A stretch of 64,000 nucleotides of DNA from Myxococcota bacterium (GCA_963676915.2 CAXXVK010000072.1:1-64000), one strand, 5' to 3'; numbered from the stretch's first letter, positions 9,711-20,800 are shown. The notes: generated from the sequence alone by a model not told the origin. Program-made: numbers and translations.

Positions 9711-10736
9711 GTGGTCGAAGCCGAAAACAACGTGCAGCATACGATCGTAATCGACAATGCCTCCGTGCTGGTCGAAATCGTAGGCAGCGCCAATCGCAAC
9801 CTGAAAATCATCGCCGCCAAAACGGAAGCCAGTCTCGACCTGCGCGGCAACGAACTTTCGGTCTCGGGTGAAGCCGCCGCCGTTGCGCTGACCGTAACCA
9901 TTCTGGACCAGTTTTCTCAACTGGTACGAAAAGGATTCGATCTGGGCGAGGAAGAAGTCCGCCGAGGTGTGGCGATTCTGCAACGGGACCGCAACGCTTC
10001 CCTGACAAACATTTTCCTCGATTCGATTCCTCTGGCCGGAGGCAAACGTAACGTTGCGCCGAAATCCCCCAATCAGCAACGATACATCCACGCCATGCGC
10101 GACAACGACGTGGTGCTGGGTATCGGTCCTGCGGGTACCGGCAAAACCTACCTGGCGATGGCGATGGCGGTGCATTTTCTCTACAAAAAGCAGATCAAGC
10201 GAATCGTGCTGACGCGTCCCGCCGTGGAAGCCGGTGAAAAACTGGGGTTTCTACCCGGCGATATCGCAGAAAAAGTGAATCCTTATCTTCGCCCTCTTTA
10301 CGATGCGCTGCACGATCTCGTCCCGATAGAGACGGTGCAACGGTGGATGTCCGGGGGCGTGGTCGAGGTTGCGCCGTTGGCATTCATGCGCGGACGCAGT
10401 TTGAACGACAGTTTCATCATTCTGGACGAAGCCCAGAATACCACTACGGAACAAATGAAAATGTTCCTCACCCGAATGGGTTTCGGATCGAAGACGGTCG
10501 TCAACGGAGATGTTACCCAAATCGATCTTCCACCGGGACAGATGTCCGGGTTGGTACAGGCGGAGCGGGTGTTGCAGGGAGTCGAAGGTATCGGTCGTTG
10601 TCGTTTTCAAGAGGAAGACGTGGTGCGTCATCCCCTGGTACGGCGGATCGTCCAAGCTTATGAAAAAGCCGAGATGAAACGAAATGGTGCCACGACCCCG
10701 GAGACGGAAAAACCACTGGAGGAATCCGATGGCTAA
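9711..10736 (+). CDS. phoH: PhoH-family ATPase (YbeZ-like)
   Basis: GPAGTGKT, RPAVEAGEKLGFLPG, LAFMRGR, ILDEAQN, VVRHPLV; GTG start with GGGAG upstream. Confidence 0.95.
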   Translation: MVEAENNVQHTIVIDNASVLVEIVGSANRNLKIIAAKTEASLDLRGNELSVSGEAAAVALTVTILDQFSQLVRKGFDLGEEEVRRGVAILQRDRNASLTNIFLDSIPLAGGKRNVAPKSPNQQRYIHAMRDNDVVLGIGPAGTGKTYLAMAMAVHFLYKKQIKRIVLTRPAVEAGEKLGFLPGDIAEKVNPYLRPLYDALHDLVPIETVQRWMSGGVVEVAPLAFMRGRSLNDSFIILDEAQNTTTEQMKMFLTRMGFGSKTVVNGDVTQIDLPPGQMSGLVQAERVLQGVEGIGRCRFQEEDVVRHPLVRRIVQAYEKAEMKRNGATTPETEKPLEESDG

Positions 10737-13401
10737 AGAACCGACAGACCAGGAACAAAAAGATACCGTGGTCTTTTCCAGCCGATCGGGAACACCCACC
10801 GATTCGGACACCACGAAGAAAAACAATATTCTTTCCAGGATTTTCGGCAGTTGGGAGGACTACGAAACCACAGGAAGTAAAATCCTTCTGGCCGTGGCAT
10901 TCTCCATCGTGCTCGGAGGAGCCTTGTTGCCTCGTTTCGACTCCAGCGTGGTGATCGAAGATGCCAAGGTCGGCCTGATCGCGCCCTACGATGTACGTGC
11001 CCCAGCCGACATGCAGGTCAAAGACCCGGATACCACCAAACTCAAACGGGAGGAGTCCGCTTCGTCGGTTCGACCCGTGTATGTGTATCGAGCCGAACTG
11101 GCAATAGAGACGGTACAGAAAATCGACCGTGCTTTCAAACAGTTGCGCCAGGATCTGGTCCAATGGATGGTGGAACATCAGGTTTCTCTTGAGGAAACCC
11201 AACCCGAGAAAAAAGGAAATAAAAAAGCCGTTGGTGACGAAAAAGAGGAAAGCTCTCCCCCCCCGACTCGTGAGACCATGGCGAATGTATTGGATCAATA
11301 CATGGATACTGTGTTTCGCAATGGCGAGTTGAAATCCGCCCTTGATGCGGAGTTTTCCACATTCAACCTGTCTTTCGGGAGAAACCTCGGCGTTGTATTG
11401 CCCGATCACGAATTTGCCAAACTCGTCCGCCAAGGCGTTCCGCAACGTCTTCAAGAAGAACTGATGCGGGTGGTCGGCAAACTGATGGGATATCGTCTCG
11501 TTACGAACCTCAACCTTATCGAAACCGGTAAAGACGACCGTGTGTTCGTCCACATCATGGACCCGCACACCGGACCGGCGGAGTATCTGCAGCGCCTGGA
11601 TCGCTCGTTTCTGGAAATCAATCAGATTCATAAGAATATCTGGGCTTTCGTCGCCCCGCCCGATGGTTGGTCCAAAAAAGATCGAGAGTTTCTTGTTTCG
11701 GTGGCACTGCAACTGATTCAACCCAATTTCACCTACGATGGCCAGTTGACCGAAGCCTATCGACAACGCGCCCGTGAGGAAGTCAAATCGGTGGTGATTC
11801 CTCTTAAAAAGGGGGAAGTCATCGTTCGCAACGGCGAACCGCTGACTCTTCGGCACTTGCTGATTTTCAAAACGATGGAGCAAGAGCTTTCGTTCTGGAC
11901 ACTTGGAATGGTGTTTTTGGGTAAAACGTTCATTTTGTTGCTCTGTTTCGTACTTTTGTACCGTTTCGGACGAAAAAGCATTTCGAAATTCAGCTACCGC
12001 ACCCGTGACCTGATGATGATGGGAAGCTTGTTGTTAGGATTCACTCTGCTGACTCGCTTGGTAGCCTATCTCGGGGGCATCGTCGAGCATTCCGCGTCCT
12101 GGCCGGAAGGTTTCTACTATTACTTGGTCCCGGTGGCCGTCGCTCCGGCAGTTGTAAGGATCATCCTCAACAGCGAAACCGCCATTTTGTACACGTTGTT
12201 ATGGACTCTGATCTTCAGTCAGATGACCAACGATCCGATCATTCACAGTTTTTACTGCCTGTTCGCCGGTATCGTCGGCTCCCATGCCTTCTCGAAGATG
12301 AAAAGCCGAAAAACCGTTTTCCTTTCAGGCTTTTACGTCATGCTGTTGGGAATCGGCATCGTTGCGTTGTCTCAGTTGATGCAGGGGGAATTTAACCTTC
12401 GGCAAATGTCCAGCGTCCTGATCGCGGTGGTTATCGGTGGATTGGCCATGGGACCGCTGATCCTGCTGATCATCACCATCGTGGAATCGATTTTCGACTA
12501 CACCACGGATCTCGGCCTGTTGGAGTTGGCCAACCTGAACCATCCGTTGCTCAAACAACTGATCGTCCAGGCTCCCGGCACCTACCATCACTGCATCATT
12601 GTAGGTTCGATGGTCGAAGCCGCCGCCGAATCGATTCGTGCCAATCCGCTTTTGGCTCGGGTCGGGGCGTTTTATCATGACGTGGGAAAAATCAAGACCC
12701 CCCAGTACTTCGGTGAAAACCTTGCCGGAGGGCGCAACAACCCCCACGACAAAACCAGCCCGAACATGAGCGCAAAAATTCTGCAAGGCCACGTAAAATA
12801 CGGCGTTGAGTTGGCGAAAGAACACAAATTGGGACGAGTCATTACCGACCTGATCACCCAACACCACGGAACCAGCCTGATACAGTTCTTCTACGTTAAA
12901 GCCCAGAAGCAGGCGGAAAACGACCCCAAAGCCCAACCTTTGCAAGAACACGATTTTCGCTACCCCGGACCCAAACCCCAGACCCGCGAAGCGGCGTTGA
13001 TCATGCTGGCCGATTCCTGCGAGGCCGCCAGTCGAAGTCTACAGGACGCCTCCCCCGAGCGGATCAAAGGGCTGGTGCAAAAAATCATCAATAAACTGTT
13101 CAGAGACGGACAATTCGACGAATGCGACCTTACGTTGAGAGATTTGCACAACATTGCACGATCTTTCACACATACTCTTAGCGGAATGCACCACCACCGG
13201 CCCAGCTATCCCGACCTGAAAAAGGAAAGCAACCCGGACAATCGCGAAACCGCTGCTATTCAACGCCCCAAAACGACGGAAAACGGTACAGAGGATCACA
13301 AAAATGGAAACGCTGGTGCTCAATCGACAAAGAAAGACCCCACTGAATCGACAGAAGTGGATCTCGAAGACGATTCAGATCTTAAACGTCTTGGCATGTG
13401 A
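10729..13401 (+). CDS. 7TM-HD membrane phosphohydrolase (PgpH/YqfF-like)
   Basis: Large extracytoplasmic domain, about 7 TM segments, APGTYHH, YHDVGK, HHGTS, FRYPGPKPQTREAA, LADSCEAA. Confidence 0.9.
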   Translation: MAKEPTDQEQKDTVVFSSRSGTPTDSDTTKKNNILSRIFGSWEDYETTGSKILLAVAFSIVLGGALLPRFDSSVVIEDAKVGLIAPYDVRAPADMQVKDPDTTKLKREESASSVRPVYVYRAELAIETVQKIDRAFKQLRQDLVQWMVEHQVSLEETQPEKKGNKKAVGDEKEESSPPPTRETMANVLDQYMDTVFRNGELKSALDAEFSTFNLSFGRNLGVVLPDHEFAKLVRQGVPQRLQEELMRVVGKLMGYRLVTNLNLIETGKDDRVFVHIMDPHTGPAEYLQRLDRSFLEINQIHKNIWAFVAPPDGWSKKDREFLVSVALQLIQPNFTYDGQLTEAYRQRAREEVKSVVIPLKKGEVIVRNGEPLTLRHLLIFKTMEQELSFWTLGMVFLGKTFILLLCFVLLYRFGRKSISKFSYRTRDLMMMGSLLLGFTLLTRLVAYLGGIVEHSASWPEGFYYYLVPVAVAPAVVRIILNSETAILYTLLWTLIFSQMTNDPIIHSFYCLFAGIVGSHAFSKMKSRKTVFLSGFYVMLLGIGIVALSQLMQGEFNLRQMSSVLIAVVIGGLAMGPLILLIITIVESIFDYTTDLGLLELANLNHPLLKQLIVQAPGTYHHCIIVGSMVEAAAESIRANPLLARVGAFYHDVGKIKTPQYFGENLAGGRNNPHDKTSPNMSAKILQGHVKYGVELAKEHKLGRVITDLITQHHGTSLIQFFYVKAQKQAENDPKAQPLQEHDFRYPGPKPQTREAALIMLADSCEAASRSLQDASPERIKGLVQKIINKLFRDGQFDECDLTLRDLHNIARSFTHTLSGMHHHRPSYPDLKKESNPDNRETAAIQRPKTTENGTEDHKNGNAGAQSTKKDPTESTEVDLEDDSDLKRLGM

Positions 13402-13750
13402 GGATTCCGACCGGGTAACGCTCGTTTTCGTGTCGGACCGGAAAATCCGTGAACTCAACCGCGATTTCCGCGAAAAAAACATGCCTACGGATGTTCTTTC
13501 TTTTCCCGGCGACCGAGATCCCATTACCGGCGATCCCGATCATTTGGGCGACGTGATCATCAGTGTGGAAACCGCTCAACGGCAGGCCGACGAAGCAGAT
13601 GTGACGCTCGACGAGGAAATCTTGCGGCTGCTCATCCATGGACTGCTGCACCTCAACGGCTATCGTCACGACAACCCTGCCGACCGAAAGAAAATGCGCG
13701 CCAAAGAACGCCGAATCTTCGACAGGGTTTCCAAAGGGGAGGACGCGTAA
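13304..13750 (+). CDS. ybeY: rRNA maturation endoribonuclease YbeY
   Basis: LNRDFR, PTDVLSF, LGDVIIS, HGLLHLNGYRH. Confidence 0.93.
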   Translation: METLVLNRQRKTPLNRQKWISKTIQILNVLACEDSDRVTLVFVSDRKIRELNRDFREKNMPTDVLSFPGDRDPITGDPDHLGDVIISVETAQRQADEADVTLDEEILRLLIHGLLHLNGYRHDNPADRKKMRAKERRIFDRVSKGEDA

Positions 13751-15364
13751 ATGCTGCAATCCTTCTGGGGCGCGGTCGTGCTGGCTCATCTCAGCGGCTT
13801 GTTGCTATCCCTCTCCCACCCCACCGCTTTGCCGCTGATTTCCGTGGACGAGGGCTACCTGCTGCATGACGGCTGGCAGTGGGCATTGGCTTTTGTGGGA
13901 ATGATTCCGTTTCTGTATTCGATCGAAAACCTCAAAGGAATCAAGCGTTTCGTTATCGCCATGGTTATGGCGGCCAGTTATTTTTATTACGGTATTTACT
14001 GGATCAACATTTCACTCAACATCTACGGCATGCTTCCGCTGGTTCTTTCGGTTGCGGTTTGCCTGGTGCTGGTGCTGTACATTTCGTTGTATTGGGCGGC
14101 GGCGTTTCATCTTTCCGCCTGGATTTCCGAGCGTTTGCGTTTGCGGGTGTCGGTCACGTTACCGGTCTGTCTAACCGCCATGGAAATCCTGAGAAATTAC
14201 GTGTTTACAGGGTTTTCCTGGCATAACATCGCATACAGTCAGTACAACAATCCTCCGCTTTTACAAAGCGCGAGCCTTTGGGGCGTTTACGGTCTGACGT
14301 TTCTGATCGCCCTTGTCAACGCCGTGCTGTATGAACTCTGGCGAATGCGTGACACAAAAGATCTGCGCCCGGTGAAAATTCCCTTGGTACCGGCAGCAAT
14401 TCTCTTGGGACTTACGCTTGGTTACGGCGGCTGGCGACTGGCCACCCAGGAAGACCGCGAGGCCGGGGCCGAATCCCTCGACGTTGCCGTTGTACAGGGG
14501 AACATCGAACAGGGCATCAAAAACCTGTCCGCGCAACATGCCGATGCCATTCGGGAAATCTACATTCGGCTGTCCGATCAGGTACCCGAAGACGTAGACC
14601 TCGTGATCTGGCCCGAAGCGGCCTATCCCTGGTCGATTCCCTACAACACACCGAACATGCGCGTTTATCTCGACTGGCCCGAGCGCAAAGATCTGCCGTG
14701 GCGAATGATCGTCGGCGTGCCGGTTTACAAGCGGCTGACCTCTCGTTCGGAACGGGAGGACTGGGGAGACGATACCAAATACTACAACTCGGCCATGCTC
14801 ATCGACCGCAATTACGATACGATGGGCTTGTTCAAAAAAAGCCACCTCGTTCCGTTTAGCGAGTATGTACCGCGATTTTTCAAGCACACGCTGGGTATCA
14901 AGAAAATCATCCCCAACACCGGCAGTTTCGAAAACGGCCAGCCGGGATCGACGTTGGATTGGGACGGCGTTCGTGCGGGAATATTGATCTGTTTCGAAGG
15001 TGTTTTCCCCGAAGTTACCCGCGCCTATGCCGGTGACAAAGCGGATTTCCTGATCAACCTGACCAACGATGCCTGGTTCGGTGCGAGTTCGATGCTGCAC
15101 CAGCATCTGGCGATGTACGCTTTTCGGGCGGTGGAGTCGGGAAAATATCTCGTGCGTGGAGCCAATACCGGCGTAACGGCGTTTTTCTCTGCCACGGGTG
15201 AACTTTATGCCGAAACGCAACCCTATAAACGCACGTTTTTACGGGCCAACGTCAAGCGGTTGAACGACAATACCGTCTATGGCGTCGTGGGCGACCTTCC
15301 CGCCTGGGGATGTTGCCTGATAATGGCGGCGTGGCTCGGGTTGGCATGGCGTCGGCGCAAATAA
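13751..15364 (+). CDS. lnt: Apolipoprotein N-acyltransferase
   Basis: Multiple TM segments; QGNI, WPEAA, KSHLVPFSE, ICFE, NDAWFG motifs (E-K-C triad). Confidence 0.93.
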   Translation: MLQSFWGAVVLAHLSGLLLSLSHPTALPLISVDEGYLLHDGWQWALAFVGMIPFLYSIENLKGIKRFVIAMVMAASYFYYGIYWINISLNIYGMLPLVLSVAVCLVLVLYISLYWAAAFHLSAWISERLRLRVSVTLPVCLTAMEILRNYVFTGFSWHNIAYSQYNNPPLLQSASLWGVYGLTFLIALVNAVLYELWRMRDTKDLRPVKIPLVPAAILLGLTLGYGGWRLATQEDREAGAESLDVAVVQGNIEQGIKNLSAQHADAIREIYIRLSDQVPEDVDLVIWPEAAYPWSIPYNTPNMRVYLDWPERKDLPWRMIVGVPVYKRLTSRSEREDWGDDTKYYNSAMLIDRNYDTMGLFKKSHLVPFSEYVPRFFKHTLGIKKIIPNTGSFENGQPGSTLDWDGVRAGILICFEGVFPEVTRAYAGDKADFLINLTNDAWFGASSMLHQHLAMYAFRAVESGKYLVRGANTGVTAFFSATGELYAETQPYKRTFLRANVKRLNDNTVYGVVGDLPAWGCCLIMAAWLGLAWRRRK

Positions 15365-15399
15365 ACCGGTTCAGACATCAGAAGTGACAGCGGAAAATT

Positions 15400-16305
15400 T
15401 TAGGGAAGTTCACATTGTCCCGTGTGCATGTTGCAGATGTAATTCGACAAACTGTTCTCGTTTTTCAGGCAATACTGCGAATCTTCATCACAGGTGTATT
15501 CGTAGGTAACACAGTCGCTTTCAATGGTTGGCCAGATGTTGTCCCGATTGCGGCAGGTCGTCGCCGGGCAATCTATGGTAGTGGACGGTGTACACGTCCC
15601 GGCACCGGCACAATCGCTTGTGCAATTGCAACGGTTTTCGTAGAGTTCGCAGACGCCGTTTCCACAATTCGTGCAAAGAAACGTTCCGTCCGTACCGGAT
15701 TCACAGCCTCCGGCATTGCCTGGATAACGGTTTTCGATACGCACCGATCCTTCACAGCAAGAATCTCCCTGAGCCTCTACACCGATACGTCCCTCGGCAA
15801 TACATCCCGATTCCATGGGAGTACAGCACCAGAGCCAGGATTGCTCGCAACCCCGAGGCGATTCATCGGGGAAAAAACCCGGATTGCATGGGTAGGCCAG
15901 AGATCGTTCCCAGTCTCCCGTCATGCAATAACCACCTGATTCCAAGCAGGTTGGCGGGGTATCCGACTCTTCTTCGTGTTCCGATTCTTGTTCTAGGATG
16001 TCGTCTTCCATCGCGTCGGGTTCCTGGTCCATCTCAGTCGCTTCGGGTTCGTTGTCGAAATTTTCAAACGAATCGGCGTTTTCCTCTTCGGTGACATCGG
16101 GGTCTGCATCCGCGATGAAATCGCTTTCGGCAGGATCTACATCCGCCGTATCCACAAGGTCCGTGTCATCATCCATCGTTTCGGCGTCGTCATCGGATCG
16201 AACGTAGGGGTTGTTGTTGGGATAGTCGCCGCTAACCGTTGCATCGGTGCAGGAAAAAAACAGCACCGGCAACAAAAGCCCCCAAAGAAGTTTTTGTCGT
16301 TTCAT
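15400..16305 (-). CDS. Acidic, Cys-rich lipoprotein
   Basis: MKRQK...FFSC lipobox, D/E-rich linker, CGNGVCELYENRCNCTSDC Cys-rich tail. Confidence 0.7.
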   Translation of the reverse strand: MKRQKLLWGLLLPVLFFSCTDATVSGDYPNNNPYVRSDDDAETMDDDTDLVDTADVDPAESDFIADADPDVTEEENADSFENFDNEPEATEMDQEPDAMEDDILEQESEHEEESDTPPTCLESGGYCMTGDWERSLAYPCNPGFFPDESPRGCEQSWLWCCTPMESGCIAEGRIGVEAQGDSCCEGSVRIENRYPGNAGGCESGTDGTFLCTNCGNGVCELYENRCNCTSDCAGAGTCTPSTTIDCPATTCRNRDNIWPTIESDCVTYEYTCDEDSQYCLKNENSLSNYICNMHTGQCELP

Positions 16306-16704
16306 GACACACCTTTTTGGCATTTGTATCGTTTATGAGAGAAATTCTTCAAATGTCAGTTTTTTATAGTTTACAGGTCGTCCGGTGAAAATCGCACGGT
16401 TCGTGGTGAATCGTAGCACAAGCATTTACATGTTTTCCATGTTTAATAAAAGTCGAATAATGGTCGGGATATAGAAGTGCCATATCTTACGAACACTGCG
16501 GGACTATTCCTCCATTTTTTTATTCAAATCACGACCACCTGCCCATTCGCTTGCGCACGATAAAGGCAATTTTTTGAATGAAAATAAGTATATTTAATAT
16601 CTTTATAGATTTCCTTTTTATAGTGCCTTATAAAATATATTTAGTATCTATAAATAGCCCCTGAATTATCTTAACTATTAGATATTATTTATAAAAAAAG
16701 ATTT

Positions 16705-16722
16705 TTGTGAGAATATTCACAA
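16705..16722. promoter_or_regulatory. CRP/Rex-like palindromic operator
   Basis: TTGTGAgaatatTCACAA: exact TGTGA-N6-TCACA; 17/18 match to the Rex consensus TTGTGAAnnnnTTCACAA. Confidence 0.6.
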
Positions 16723-16739
16723 TTGTTATTCAAATATGC

Positions 16740-16767
16740 TTGACAGTCTGTTTTTTGTGCCTAAAAT
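16740..16767 (+). promoter_or_regulatory. Sigma70-type promoter of the AT-rich orphan gene
   Basis: TTGACA-16 nt-TAAAAT, followed by a GGAGAGGGAG RBS and ATG 16808. Confidence 0.65.
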
Positions 16768-16807
16768 ATATGCAGATGATGAAGGTGATGGAGAGGGAGA
16801 CTGAACC

Positions 16808-17350
16808 ATGAAAGAAGATCATATCAACTTGAGTTTTAGAGCCCTAAAGGAAGAACGAGAACACTTGGAAAAAGTGATAGCTGAGCTCGATACGCAGATT
16901 CTTGAGATTCTTGATAAGCAGCAACAGATAAATCAAAGAATCGGTGCCGTAAATTCAATTCTCGACACGTACAAAAAAATCTTTGATACAGGCAACCAAG
17001 ATTCATCGTTTCAAATTGAACTTGCTCAGAAATTTACTGCTCGTGGAAGAATATCTGTTTCAAAAGCTGTCATGGATTATCTTGAGAAAAAATCACCAGA
17101 ATGGCTAACGCCAGCAGAGATTCGTGATTATCTTTTTCAGAATTACTTTCCAGAAAAAGATCTTGAAAAACTCGGAAGAGCAGTTCACTCAGCGCTATTA
17201 TACAATAAAAAAAAGAACAGGATTGAATTAAGAATCTCTTACGTTTCTCAGGGAAAAACACAAAATGAGTATAGGTTTCCAGAGAATTCAACTCAACAAA
17301 AAGTACAGTTGAAATCTAAAGAACTGAACAACAATTCGCGGGAGGAATAG
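16808..17350 (+). CDS. AT-rich orphan protein: N-terminal coiled coil, possible winged-helix C-terminus
   Basis: Strong RBS; heptad pattern in about residues 8-55; KAVMDYL...LTPAEIRDYL...VHSALL helices then a beta hairpin. Confidence 0.7.
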   Translation: MKEDHINLSFRALKEEREHLEKVIAELDTQILEILDKQQQINQRIGAVNSILDTYKKIFDTGNQDSSFQIELAQKFTARGRISVSKAVMDYLEKKSPEWLTPAEIRDYLFQNYFPEKDLEKLGRAVHSALLYNKKKNRIELRISYVSQGKTQNEYRFPENSTQQKVQLKSKELNNNSREE

Positions 17351-17361
17351 TTTGAAAAAGT

Positions 17362-17391
17362 GTAAAGCCGAGGCAGGCACCTCGGCTTTAC
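17362..17391. terminator. 12-bp hairpin after the orphan gene, probable terminator
   Basis: gtaaagccgagg-caggca-cctcggctttac. Confidence 0.65.
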
Positions 17392-17682
17392 GTTACTCGC
17401 AATTTTGCCTACAGTGTGAGTAATGTAGACATAAAATTGAGAAAAACGTCCCTATTATTATAGGTTTTCTCAGGACAATGTCAATATAAGTTATTGTGGG
17501 CAGAAAGGATTTGCCATCATGGTAAATCATGTTGAGAGCGCAGAAGCGCTCAAAAAGAAGCGGTTGATTTTCAGACCGTGGATTTGTCATTTTAAAATTG
17601 GAATCGTCATCTGGATGAAATGGTTCGGGAAGGTAGTCTTCCTCTTCATTATCATTCATGATTCTTCCAATTAGGATGACAG

Positions 17683-17737
17683 GGGCATGAATTCTTGCCC
17701 ACAATCGTTACGGTCCGCTGAATTTTTCAGCGGACCG
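17683..17737. repeat. Double hairpin, REP-like
   Basis: gggcatgaattcttgccc followed by the perfect inverted repeat cggtccgctga-atttt-tcagcggaccg. Confidence 0.45.
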
Positions 17738-17876
17738 CGCTTTGGCTGACGAGTGACCTGGACATATATGTGTTATAATCTCAAGAACGGAGTTTAATAG
17801 GCTGTGTGCTTTCTCAATGTCAAAGCTCCATTCAAAATTTTAAATGTGTTTTTCACCAAAGGTTTTCGTTTTTATA

Positions 17877-20800
17877 TTAAGACCATTTTAGTGCGATACA
17901 GCGGTGTCCGGGATCGAGTTTCAGGGTTTTGACGTGTTTTTCGTCTCGGAACAGTTCCAGCCGATCGGGTAGAATCTCCACTCGGTTCGCCTGTCGTATC
18001 GTTTGAACGATGTCGGCATGGAAACACCGTAGCGCCGCCGTGGAAAACCGACGGTCGCGGCGCTCGTGACTGCCGAAGTCGTGGAAGGTCAGCACCTGCC
18101 GGTAACGGATCGTGTTGCCTTCGGGTTCGCCATCGAACACGAGGTACCGGAAGAAATCCCAATACAGGATCGGCCATTTCAGATGTTTGTCCAGGTTGTC
18201 AAGGAGTCCTTGTAATCCTTCGTTTGTGCGGTATTTTTTCGGGACGATTTCCGGCAGCTTCGTAGGAAGAAACCGGCGCAGGGCATCCAAGTGCCTTTGG
18301 GCCATTTTCGCTGTGGCTTCACAGCCGTAGGAATGGGGAAAATGCCCGATCAGCCGATGAGGTAAAAAGTTATTGCATGGCCACAACGCTTCGGTTCGCG
18401 TATTGCGAGCCGTGGCGTTTTTAAACAGCGCCGAGACATCCTGATTCTCGGCCCGAATGAAGAATTCGACACAGCAGCGCGGATAGTCCAGCAATTCCCC
18501 CGTGCGACGGATCACGGCTTCCTGTTCTCGTCGGTTAAGGGTTTCGGCAGAGCGTTTTTCCAACTGAGACAGCTCTTTCGCCACCTGGGCTTCGCGGGCG
18601 ATAAAAGCCGTGGCGAAACGAGTGCCCGGAATGCGGCGCATGTGGTTATCCAGGTCGAAATGCTCGCCTGTTTCGGCATGAACTCCGGCCTTTTCCGCAC
18701 GGTGGAGAATGTCCTCGATCTGCCGGGCATCGCGGTTTTCGAACGTGGCGGCGGGCAAGGCTCCGGCTTCGAATAGCGCCGTGTTGAGGTCGATCCAATC
18801 GGTAAACAGTGGTACCCGTTGAGAATCCTCGAAGGGATCTTTGGTGTTGACGGGGTGGGAGCCGGGATCGACGCGGCAGGCTCCAGCCAGATAGCGTTCC
18901 CATGCAAGAGCTTGGTTTTCTTCATGAAACGCCGTTTCCAACTCGGGATTTTCGATCGCTGCGATATCCGCCCGGTTTCGTCGCTTGAAGATGTCGTCGA
19001 GGATTTTTTCGCGTACATCGGCGAGGGTCGCGGCTTGTTTCGGCGAAAATCCCGGTTTGTGCGGGGTTTGTCGTCCCCAACGGGCGATGTCTGACGCCAG
19101 TGTTTCCGTTGCGGGAATTTCGGCGATTCTCAGAGGTTTGGCGTTGTGGGAAACGCGAAGAGTCAGCGAAAAAACACCTTCCGGCGGACGAGAAAGCCGT
19201 AACGTACCGCGCTCGAAACGGGCTTCTACCCAATCCTGGTTCCCGCGATGTTCTGCTTGTCCGTAGTGCAGGTGGACCGGCAAAGGACCGAAACGGAGAT
19301 CGGTACGTAGGCAGGCCAGGCGCAGGTCATTTCCATCGCCATAGGTGCGGATTTCGTCCGGCGTTTCAAACCCCAGGCTCGAAAGAACCGCCAGATCTTC
19401 ATGCAGGAAGCGGTCGATCATCGTCAGGTCATGATAGGTGAAGGCATCGTAATAACGGTCGAGCACTTCGATGGGGCGTGCGTCGCGTACGAAGGTCAAC
19501 TCCAGCAGGTTTCCCAATCGCTGTTTCCGGCTTTCCTCGATGAACCGTAACGTATGGGGATCGGCGAGAGCAGGAGAGAACCAACGGGTGTCGAGGTTGT
19601 TTTCTTTCGAGATTTCAACGACTTGTTGCCATTGCCAGGAGGGAGCGAGAGCGTCGCCGACCAGCGCCAGCCGATGGTTTTGGGGCAGGTCTTCGACGAG
19701 GTCGTCCAAGGCTTCGAAACAGGTGCGGAGTTCTGCAACGTGCAACGTCGCTCCATCGTCTTTCAAAACACCTTGCTGACGGGTCAACTCGTCGATCACG
19801 CCTAGTTCGTCGTTTCGTTTTTCACAAAACCGCAGTGGCGGAAAACGCCGGGCCTGGGTTTCGCGGTCCGGGCGAACGAGGTAAGGACCGATCACCAGAG
19901 CATCCAAACCCATGTGCAGAAAAGACGCCACCGCTTGAGCCGGAGTCGTAACGATGGGTTCGTTTCGATGATTGAACGAGGTATTGAGCACCATGGGAAC
20001 GTCCGTGAGGTGCTCGAAATGTTCGATCAGCCGATGATAGAGCGGCAGAACGTCTCGTTCGACACCTTGCGGGCGGGCGCTGCCGTCTACGTGAGTGATG
20101 GCGGGAACGATGGTGCGTTTCTCGGGTCGGGTGTCGAAAGCGATCAGCATGAAACGGGACGGTCGCCAGTCCGAAAACCACTCGTCCGCTCGCTCCATCA
20201 ATACCGAAGGCGCAAGCGGTCGCCAGGATTCCCGTCCTTTGAGGCGGTTCACACCGTCACGGTTTTCCGTTTTGCGCGGGTCCGCCAGCAAGCTGCGGTT
20301 TCCTAAGGCGCGTGGTCCCCATTCCATGCGTCCCTGAAACCAGCCGATTACTTCGCCTCGGGCGATGTGTTCGGCTGCATCCCGAGCAGGATCGTCCAAG
20401 CGCTCGAAGTCTACGAGATGTTTTTTGGCAGCATTGTCAAGCACTTGCTCGATGTCGTTTTCCGAAAACTTTGGTCCCCAGGCGGCATGTTTCATCGGCT
20501 GGATGGTTTGTCCATGTACCCAAGCGGCACGCCAGGCCAAACCCAGCGCCGTGCCGGGATCGGCGGCGTTGGGTTGGATGAACAACCGCCGCACGAAAGG
20601 AAGGCGAGCGATACGGCCGTTGAGCGAGCAGTTGAGGAACACGCCTCCGGCGAGACAGAGATTTTCCGAACCGGTTTCCTCGTAGGCCAATCGGACCAGC
20701 CGGAGGATGCTTTCCTCGAAGGCATTTTGCAGCGTTGCGGCAAGGTTTTGGTGTTCGGGACGAATCGGTTCGCTCGGAGTTCTTCGAATGGCTCGGAAAC

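Noticed and set aside
16495-16545. Possible RAYT transposase remnant (RDYS...)
   Set aside because: Resemblance is too short; no HUH motif or continuing frame
17393-17704. 103-aa minus-strand ORF in the AT-rich island
   Set aside because: Start lies within a hairpin and I recognise no family; a short gene from the internal ATG cannot be excluded
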